NCBI GenBank assembly: GCA_023246355.1
Contig: JAHFIQ010000001.1
Span: forward strand, 145,887-209,886
Direction of reading: 5' to 3'
DNA: 64,000 bases
Source of the DNA: Candidatus Uhrbacteria bacterium
Lineage (GTDB): Bacteria; Patescibacteriota; Patescibacteriia; UBA9934; GWF2-40-263
Shown here one piece after another: positions 57,537 to 64,000 of the stretch. The translations under genes and the position numbers were made by a program. The first letter of the stretch is position 1, and each line of letters begins with the position of its first letter. The notes beneath the pieces were generated by a model. The model ran no database searches. It was not told the DNA's origin and worked only from the letters and a program-made list of their open reading frames with translations.

Positions 57537-58646
57537 ATGAAACTGGCACTGGTTCACGACTACTTGATCCAAAACGGTGGGGCAGAAAAAGTGTTGGAAG
57601 TCTTTGGTTCTCTGTGGCCGGACTCCCCCATCTACACGCTCCTGTTTGACCCAGAGCGGCTCCCGACCTTCCAAGGCCGGGATATTCGTACATCGTTTCT
57701 TGAACGACTTCCCTTTGGCCGTCAAAAATATCAGTGGTACTTGCCTCTCATGCCCACCGCCACCGAACACTACGACCTCTCTGACTTTGATGTTGTCCTC
57801 TCATCAACGAGTGCCTTTGCCAAAGGGGTGATCACCCGAGACGACGCTCTTCACATTTGTTATTGTCATACCCCGACGCGATATCTTTGGAGCGACACGC
57901 ACAGCTACGTGGACGAACTGCGTGTTCCGGGATTTGTAAAAATGCTGTTGCCCCCAGTGCTCTCACGCCTTCGACTCTGGGACAAGACGGCCGCTGATCG
58001 TGTGGATGTGTTCGTGGCGAATTCCAAAACCGTCCAAAGCCGCATTCAAAAATATTACCGCCGTGATGCACAGGTCATTCATCCTCCGGTTGATACACAT
58101 CGTTTTCAAATTGCCCCAACCTCTGCCATATCCACCTCCCCCTACTTTCTCACCGGCGGCCGCTTGGTTGCCTACAAACGCTACGACCTGGTCATCCAAG
58201 CTGCCAACCGGACAAAGCTGCCACTGAAAGTTTTCGGCACAGGTCCGATTGAGGATGATCTGAAAAAAATGGCTGGATCTCACATCGAGTTTCTTGGCCG
58301 TGTCTCACAGGAAGAACAAGCACGGCTGTACCAGGGAGCGCTCGCGTTTATCCATCCTCAAGAAGAGGACTTCGGGATTACACCTGTGGAATCCATGGCC
58401 AGCGGTCGTCCGGTCATCGCGTACAAAAAAGGCGGTGCGACCGAAACCGTTGTCGAAGGACTCTCTGGAGAATTTTTTCAAGAACAAATTTGGGAGGAAG
58501 TCGCCGACCTCATGCTGCGTTTTGACGAACGTCGCTACGATCCTCAGGCCATCAAAGCGCACGCTGAACAGTTTTCAAAAGAACGTTTTGAACGCGAGAT
58601 GAAATCGTTTGTTGAATCGCAATGGGAGGCTCATCGCCGCGTATGA
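57537..58646 (+). CDS. Glycosyltransferase family 4 (mannosyltransferase-like)
   Basis: VHDYL...GGAEKVL, YCHTPTRYLW, EDFGITPVESMASG. Confidence 0.92.
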   Translation: MKLALVHDYLIQNGGAEKVLEVFGSLWPDSPIYTLLFDPERLPTFQGRDIRTSFLERLPFGRQKYQWYLPLMPTATEHYDLSDFDVVLSSTSAFAKGVITRDDALHICYCHTPTRYLWSDTHSYVDELRVPGFVKMLLPPVLSRLRLWDKTAADRVDVFVANSKTVQSRIQKYYRRDAQVIHPPVDTHRFQIAPTSAISTSPYFLTGGRLVAYKRYDLVIQAANRTKLPLKVFGTGPIEDDLKKMAGSHIEFLGRVSQEEQARLYQGALAFIHPQEEDFGITPVESMASGRPVIAYKKGGATETVVEGLSGEFFQEQIWEEVADLMLRFDERRYDPQAIKAHAEQFSKERFEREMKSFVESQWEAHRRV

Positions 58647-59758
58647 GAATCCTGGTCGACATCAGACACTTGGCGAACCCTCATCTCTCGGGCGTAGGAC
58701 AGTACACCGTGCAGCTTCTGCGTGCGCTTTTTGACATTGACCATGAGAATGAATACGTTTTGTTTTCAAGCGGTAGAGTGAAGCCGGATCTTTCAACCTT
58801 TCACCTCTCCACCCCAAACAAAATCTTGAATCTTCGAACCCTTTTGTTTGCCCATCCCACCATCAACTGGCATATCCACGAACCCATTGATCTCATTTTT
58901 CTTCCCAACCTCAACATCACCACTCTGCCTTCTGACATTCCCACAGTCCTCACCGTGCACGACCTCTCGTGGAAACTCTATCCAGAATTTTATTCGCTGA
59001 AAATGCGTGCGTGGCACAAGGCGACTCGAGCTCATGAATTGATTGAACGAAGCCGTGCAATCATCACACCCTCTCTTTGCACAAAGCAGGACGTAAACAG
59101 ATTGTTCAACGTGGACTCTGAACGAACGCATGTGATCCCTCACGGTGTCTCAGAAGAGTTCACACCAAAAATGCAGGCTCAAGATCACGGCGTGCGCTCA
59201 CGTCTCAAACTTCCAAAACATTTTGCGCTGTTCGTCGGAACGATTGAACCACGAAAAAATCTGATCGCCCTTGTGGAAGGCGTAAAAGACTATCGAGAAC
59301 GAACTCGCGACGATCTCCATCTCGTCTTGGCTGGAGGTTGGGGTTGGAAATCGCACGACCTGCGACGACGACTCTGGAAACGCGATACGCAGGGCTGGGT
59401 GCACCAGATGGGCTATGTGAACCCCCACGATCTCCCTGCGCTCTACCGTTCAGCTTCTGTCACGGTCTGGCCGTCTATCTACGAAGGCTTTGGCTTGCCG
59501 ATTTTGGAATCCATGGCCTCAGGCACGCCGGTGATCACCTCCCACACGTCCTCCATGCCAGAGGTCGCGGGCATGGCTGCCATAACGATCGATCCCTACA
59601 ACAGCCGCGACATGGCTGACGCCCTGAAAGGACTGCTTGGTTCCTCTGCTCTGCAGGCACAACTCGTATCCAGCGGACTCGATCGCGCCAAAACGTTCAC
59701 CTGGCACAAGGCAGCACAAGAAACACTCGACGTGTTCCGTCATTCCTGTGATGGATAG
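58643..59758 (+). CDS. Glycosyltransferase family 4
   Basis: TVHDL, VGTIEPRKN, PSIYEGFGLPILESMASG. Confidence 0.92.
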   Translation: MRILVDIRHLANPHLSGVGQYTVQLLRALFDIDHENEYVLFSSGRVKPDLSTFHLSTPNKILNLRTLLFAHPTINWHIHEPIDLIFLPNLNITTLPSDIPTVLTVHDLSWKLYPEFYSLKMRAWHKATRAHELIERSRAIITPSLCTKQDVNRLFNVDSERTHVIPHGVSEEFTPKMQAQDHGVRSRLKLPKHFALFVGTIEPRKNLIALVEGVKDYRERTRDDLHLVLAGGWGWKSHDLRRRLWKRDTQGWVHQMGYVNPHDLPALYRSASVTVWPSIYEGFGLPILESMASGTPVITSHTSSMPEVAGMAAITIDPYNSRDMADALKGLLGSSALQAQLVSSGLDRAKTFTWHKAAQETLDVFRHSCDG

Positions 59759-59771
59759 TTATTGATACTCA

Positions 59772-59885
59772 TCAATAGTAAAGCATCTGTCGTAACCGGA
59801 AACCTCGACAGTGTTCCAACAGTCCTAAGTACGACGGCATGTTCTCGAGAGTAAGTCTCTTGAACATCCGTTGTTTTGTTTTGTG
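59772..59885 (-). pseudogene. C-terminal remnant of a DGR-type reverse transcriptase
   Basis: HKTKQRMFKRLTLENMPSYLGLLEHCRGFRLRQMLYY* resembles, from recall, the KTK.RM..R....SYLGLL.H thumb tail of DGR RTs; no catalytic YxDD region upstream. Confidence 0.65.
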
Positions 59886-59896
59886 AGCAAAAAGAA

Positions 59897-59930
59897 AAGG
59901 ATCCAAGGTTCCAAGAACCAAGGATCCAAG
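59897..59930 (-). repeat. 7-8-nt period micro-repeat directly after target C
   Basis: CTTGGATC CTTGGTT CTTGGAAC CTTGGATC CTT. Confidence 0.75.
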
Positions 59931-59934
59931 CGTC

Positions 59935-60858
59935 TTAGAGAACGCCGAGGAGGCGGAACCCGACGTCGTCGCCGGGACCGCGCGACCAGCGCCTGCCCAC
60001 ACCCGCGAGCCCACCGTAGCCACGGTTGCCGACGAACACCCGGTGGACAGAACCGTAGGCGTTTTCCGTCCATTCCCAGGAGGCGGTGGCGCCGAGATCC
60101 TGGAACTGCGTCCCATGGAGACGATTGAGCTCGAGCAGGATGTTGCCGAAGAAGTTCCACTCCTGTGCGGTCATGGGGCGCACGGCCGCCTTCTTGAGAC
60201 TCCAGAGCTGGGCCGTCTGCGGACACAGGGTGGCCCGCAGGTGATCCCACGAGATCTTGAAGCGAGTCTGGAGGCCGAGCTCGAAAGCGAGCCGGTCGTT
60301 ACCACCGCCGTAGCCCTTCGGATCGTTCCAATCGGGCTTGCGAACGAGCTCGATCACGACCCAGCGCCCCGGCAGCGGATGATGCGTGATCTGGCTCTCG
60401 TCGATATGGCGACCCCAGTCGGGAGCGATCCAGCCATCCGGACGGGTCGCAGAAGTGAGCGCGGTCGGAAGGAAGATCGGAATCAGATTCCCATCGTCGA
60501 TCCAGCCGCGGGTCCTGGCACTCATGTGCTTCTTCAAGGGCGGCAGTGAGGCACTGACCTTGGGGAACTTCAGCGCGTAGAACTCGCTCCAGAAGGCCTG
60601 CGGATCACTCGCGATCCGACGCAGGAGCGCCGCGGTCGCGTCGATGTTCGGCGGCTGTTCCGACTCGGCCTTGGGTGCGAGCCTGGCCTTCACCCAGGCG
60701 TCGAGCTCAGTGGGGTCGATCAGGTGACGAGCGAGAGCTTCACCTAGCGGCATGGTGACCGCATGGGCGCCCAAAAGGCCGTTCAGGCCGTCCGGGGTGA
60801 GGTGCTCACGCCGCTTGTTGATCTCGTCGGCCCAGCCGGGCAATGCTTCCAGAGTCAT
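59935..60858 (-). CDS. Putative DGR target protein C with CLec/FGE-like C-terminus (307 aa)
   Basis: GAAGGAG SD before ATG 60858; ends SWEWTEN...RVFVG...GGLAGVG..W......VGFR. Confidence 0.8.
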   Translation of the reverse strand: MTLEALPGWADEINKRREHLTPDGLNGLLGAHAVTMPLGEALARHLIDPTELDAWVKARLAPKAESEQPPNIDATAALLRRIASDPQAFWSEFYALKFPKVSASLPPLKKHMSARTRGWIDDGNLIPIFLPTALTSATRPDGWIAPDWGRHIDESQITHHPLPGRWVVIELVRKPDWNDPKGYGGGNDRLAFELGLQTRFKISWDHLRATLCPQTAQLWSLKKAAVRPMTAQEWNFFGNILLELNRLHGTQFQDLGATASWEWTENAYGSVHRVFVGNRGYGGLAGVGRRWSRGPGDDVGFRLLGVL

Positions 60859-60932
60859 GATTTCTCCTTCCCTTGCGACTTTCTTACCACCCCTTACAAA
60901 CGGGTTGATAAGTACTTGCAAAGGACGAATGC

Positions 60933-61027
60933 GCACGGTGCCGCCGTGACGGTGTGTGTGCAAAACCAGAGGATTCCGGCTGTGCAAACGACTGGAGAAT
61001 ATACTCCAGTTTGGCGGAAAAGTCAAG
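60933..61027 (-). promoter_or_regulatory. Shared promoter plus structured 5' leader, copy C
   Basis: 90/95 identical to 51577-51671. Confidence 0.85.
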
Positions 61028-61119
61028 CGGTGGACCTGTCGCACGCATTCTATTTCAACGGACAACTTCCCTGTGCATATCCTGGGATCAAACTCGGAAT
61101 TTTTTGCTATAATTGCCGC

Positions 61120-62280
61120 ATGAGAGTGGGAATAGATGCCAGAATGTTGGGTCCAACAGTGGGTGGAGGCGGACTTGGACGATATGTTGAACAGCTCGTG
61201 CATGAGCTTGGACAGCAGAATCAAAAGAACCGCTTTGTTTTGTTCCTGAAAGAAGCGACACAGGTGGAAAAGGGAGATGAGGGAGACAAGGTGGAAAAGG
61301 GAGATGAGGGAGACAAGGTGGAAAAGAGAATCGTACCTGTCCACTGGTACACACTCAAAGAACAGCTCGTGATGGGACGAGTCATTGATCGAGAGCATCT
61401 TGATCTCGTCCACTTCCCGCACTGGAACGTTCCCCTCTTTTTGAGAACGCCGTTTGTCGTCACGATCCATGATCTCATCTTGCTTGAAGAACCACGATCA
61501 GCCCGCGCCACGACTCGTCACCCTCTTGTCTATGCCCTCAAGTACGCCGCGTACAAAATCATCCTCAAAAACGCTCTTTCAAAATCCCGCGCCATCATCG
61601 CGGTCTCACAATATACGAAGTCTTCGATCCTCAAATTCTTTCCCGAGATTCCCGAAAGCAAAATTTTCGTGATCTACGAAGGAGTAACGAATCTGCCTAA
61701 GACCCCTCCCGACCTCCCCTTGCCAAGGGGAGTAGACACCGTCCTGTACATCGGCAACGCCTATCCACACAAAAACCTCGATGCCCTTCTGTGCGCCTTC
61801 TCGCTTTTCCTCAAGACTCACCCGGACGCCAAGCTGGTCCTTGCTGGACGCGATGACGTTTTCTACCAGCGTCTCCAAAAAGATGCAGCTCAACTGAACC
61901 TCACAGACCACATCCAGTTCATTCCAAATCCGACAGATCAAGATCTTGCAAAGCTCTACCGCAGTGCCACGCTCTTTGTCTTCCCTTCCAAATGTGAAGG
62001 CTTTGGCCTTCCACCTTTGGAAGCCATGAGCTTCAACGTTCCTGTCGTCGCATCCAACACAAGCTCTCTGCCAGAAATTTTGGGCGATGCTGCTGTCTTC
62101 TTCAATCCAAAAGACCCTCAAGACATCGCCAGGGCTATGGAGCACGTCTTTGACAATCCAGCATTACAAGAAGAGCTCAGAAAAAAAGGTCTTGAATGCA
62201 TCAAACGCTACTCCTGGAAGAACATGGCAGAGCAAGTCCTCTCAATCTACGAATCCTGTGACAAAAAAGAAGCCTCTTAA
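61120..62280 (+). CDS. Glycosyltransferase family 4
   Basis: MRVGIDAR, GLGRY, TIHDL, YIGNAYPHKN, EGFGLPPLEAM; TATAAT just upstream. Confidence 0.92.
   Translation: MRVGIDARMLGPTVGGGGLGRYVEQLVHELGQQNQKNRFVLFLKEATQVEKGDEGDKVEKGDEGDKVEKRIVPVHWYTLKEQLVMGRVIDREHLDLVHFPHWNVPLFLRTPFVVTIHDLILLEEPRSARATTRHPLVYALKYAAYKIILKNALSKSRAIIAVSQYTKSSILKFFPEIPESKIFVIYEGVTNLPKTPPDLPLPRGVDTVLYIGNAYPHKNLDALLCAFSLFLKTHPDAKLVLAGRDDVFYQRLQKDAAQLNLTDHIQFIPNPTDQDLAKLYRSATLFVFPSKCEGFGLPPLEAMSFNVPVVASNTSSLPEILGDAAVFFNPKDPQDIARAMEHVFDNPALQEELRKKGLECIKRYSWKNMAEQVLSIYESCDKKEAS
61262..61326 (+). repeat. In-frame 27-bp tandem repeat (2.4 copies, 9-nt subperiod)
   Basis: AGGTGGAAAAGGGAGATGAGGGAGACA x2 + AGGTGGAAAAG; encodes VEKGDEGDK repeats. 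Confidence 0.9.
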
Positions 62281-64000
62281 AAAAATCCCAGCCAAAAAAT
62301 CCGGCCTAAAGGCCGGATCCGGCTCCGCCGGAAAGCCATCCGTCTCTAAAAAAACAAAGACGCCTGTTTCGCGTACCAAAAAAACGCTCAAACGTCAGCT
62401 CGTGGTCAATCCGTATCATCTTGAAGCGCGACCACACATTGAACAGAGCAACGCGCACACCGCATCTCCATTCATCCTCTCGCTCAAACCAACGCATGAA
62501 GAAGCGCAAATGGAAGAATCAGCTCAGCGCGTCCACGTCAATCTTCTCACAACGCCTGTCGTGCTCCCTGATCTTTCACAGGATCTCGCGCTCACAAGTG
62601 CTGAACTCATGGATCAACTCGCGGAGGGAGTCACAAGGATGAAACCAACGAAGATTCCCGCTACATGGATCTGTGACCACAAACCCCAGGAGCACGCTCT
62701 GGCCATTCATTCTTCACACATCCCTTCCCTCTCCCACGACATCTTTCTCCCTGCGCAAGTCCCAGAAAATATTTTTGCGCTGTTTGATTTCCCAGAAGAA
62801 GAATCCTGTCCCGAAGCAGAGCTTGTTGATCTTGAAGAACTCCAAACACAGACGGCACAAGAACTCGTGATTCCAAAACGGACCTGGAAATTCACTTTCC
62901 CCTCTGCTCTCTCAAACCTACTCCCTACCACCTACAACCTCCCTCACTGGCAACGTGCGGTCGCTTCATTTGTGGCTGTCTCGTTCCTCTTCGTCCTGCC
63001 CTTGCATGCGATGAACGTGGTGCAAGATCTGCGCGCCACAAAAACAGAGCTTGAACAAACAGGCACGAGTGCTGTTTCTTTTCTGTCAGACGGTGCACAA
63101 GCCGCTCTTGCTTCAGAAAGTGAGAAAGCGCAGAGTCAGTTCGCTCTCTCGAGCGCTCGATTTGATTCTGCACGGTCAACACTAGATGAACTTGGCGCTG
63201 GGACCCGCTTTCTGCTTTCCGTCCTCCCTCTCACCCAGTCGAGCTACAAAACAGGCGAAGCACTCATCGAAGCTGGAAGTGAACTCGCAATCGCCGGCAC
63301 TCGGCTCTCAGAAGGGTATACCGCGATCGAACAGGAACTGAACCCAACACCTGTCTCACGACTGAACCTCTTGGAGGCCTATGTCAGCTCTGCCGCACCA
63401 CATCTTGTGAATGCACAGCAAGCACTTCAGAACATCGATCTCTCTGCCATCCCAGAAGAACATCAATCGGATGTCTCACGACTCACCACAAGCCTTCCCA
63501 AACTCATCTCTGGGATCGACGAATTTCAATCCTTCTTCACTCTGGCACAGCAACTCCTGGGAGCAGAAGGCAGCAAGCGCTACCTTATCGTGTTCCAAAA
63601 CAACACGGAGATTCGTCCCACGGGCGGTTTCATCGGAAGCTTTGCTGATGTGAAAGTGCATGATGGCGTGATTGAGGACATGAACGTTCCCGGTGGCGGT
63701 TCGTATGATTTACAAGGCACGCTTCAGGAAGATCTCATTGCCCCTCAACCACTTCAACTCCTCTCCGCTCGCTGGGAATTTCAGGACGGCAATTGGTTTC
63801 CCGATTTTCCCACGAGTGCCAGACAGCTCATCCAGTTTTATGAGGACGCGGGTGGTCCAAGTGTTGATGGCGTCTTGGCTGTAAACGCAACCTTCGTGGC
63901 AGATCTGATCGGGCTGTTGGGTCCCATCGAGATGCCTGAATACGAACGGACGATCACGCAAGAAAATTTTATCTTCGAAGCGCAGCGCATTGTGGAGATG
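62258..64000 (+). CDS. DUF4012-domain protein (partial, runs off window end)
   Basis: GTG 62258 is in frame with RYLIVFQNNTEIRPTGGFIGSF and NWFPDFPTSA; basic disordered N-terminus. Start uncertain. Confidence 0.85.
   Translation, partial: MTKKKPLKKIPAKKSGLKAGSGSAGKPSVSKKTKTPVSRTKKTLKRQLVVNPYHLEARPHIEQSNAHTASPFILSLKPTHEEAQMEESAQRVHVNLLTTPVVLPDLSQDLALTSAELMDQLAEGVTRMKPTKIPATWICDHKPQEHALAIHSSHIPSLSHDIFLPAQVPENIFALFDFPEEESCPEAELVDLEELQTQTAQELVIPKRTWKFTFPSALSNLLPTTYNLPHWQRAVASFVAVSFLFVLPLHAMNVVQDLRATKTELEQTGTSAVSFLSDGAQAALASESEKAQSQFALSSARFDSARSTLDELGAGTRFLLSVLPLTQSSYKTGEALIEAGSELAIAGTRLSEGYTAIEQELNPTPVSRLNLLEAYVSSAAPHLVNAQQALQNIDLSAIPEEHQSDVSRLTTSLPKLISGIDEFQSFFTLAQQLLGAEGSKRYLIVFQNNTEIRPTGGFIGSFADVKVHDGVIEDMNVPGGGSYDLQGTLQEDLIAPQPLQLLSARWEFQDGNWFPDFPTSARQLIQFYEDAGGPSVDGVLAVNATFVADLIGLLGPIEMPEYERTITQENFIFEAQRIVEM

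Noticed and set aside
59772-60116. 114-aa ORF as a real gene
   Set aside because: The first 77 codons are an alternate frame of target C plus micro-repeat; only the last 37 aa look meaningful (RT tail).
59935-62280. Long overlapping ORFs 59935-61470 (-) and 60763-62280 (+) at full length
   Set aside because: The extensions run through the shared promoter and the opposite gene; SD and -10 evidence place the starts at 60858 and 61120.
1-64000. Complete DGR (TR, avd, intact RT) within the window
   Set aside because: By eye the VR 3' ends occur only in the target genes, and no YxDD-containing RT or Avd-like ORF is in the ORF track.

Overview
Chromosomal window from a small-genome bacterium. Gene content and style suggest Candidate Phyla Radiation/Parcubacteria; this is an inference from the DUF4012 protein, VirB2-like pilin, cohesin/dockerin surface proteins, tRNA-Ile(UAU) and Shine-Dalgarno (SD)-less host genes. 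1-6 kb: four secreted/surface proteins (two cohesin-like, one dockerin-like, one giant partial). 6.3-31.9 kb: a large surface-glycan cluster with a priming transferase, two O-antigen-ligase/TPR proteins, many GT4/GT2 enzymes, methyltransferases, a GT4-ABC fusion and a DAHP-synthase/shikimate-dehydrogenase/cytidylyltransferase module. 31.9-55 kb: housekeeping genes (cca, rluD, gmk, rplS, uvrA, secG, rnj, trpS, three tRNAs, rnpB). 55-64 kb: a second glycan cluster. Several GC-richer, SD-led, minus-strand cassettes sit between the host genes. The strongest signal is a dispersed diversity-generating-retroelement (DGR)-like system. Two paralogs (50795-51505, 56711-57418) differ in their last 46 sense codons only non-synonymously and almost only at adenines (23 of 25 mismatches, hand count). 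A third, C-type-lectin (CLec)-like target gene (59935-60858) is followed by what looks like only the C-terminal tail of a DGR reverse transcriptase (RT). All three share a promoter/leader module. No template repeat (TR), avd or intact RT was seen in the window. A second unexplained structure is an array of small ORFs separated by a 106-bp structured repeat (37.7-39.3 kb). All calls are by eye; no database searches were run.
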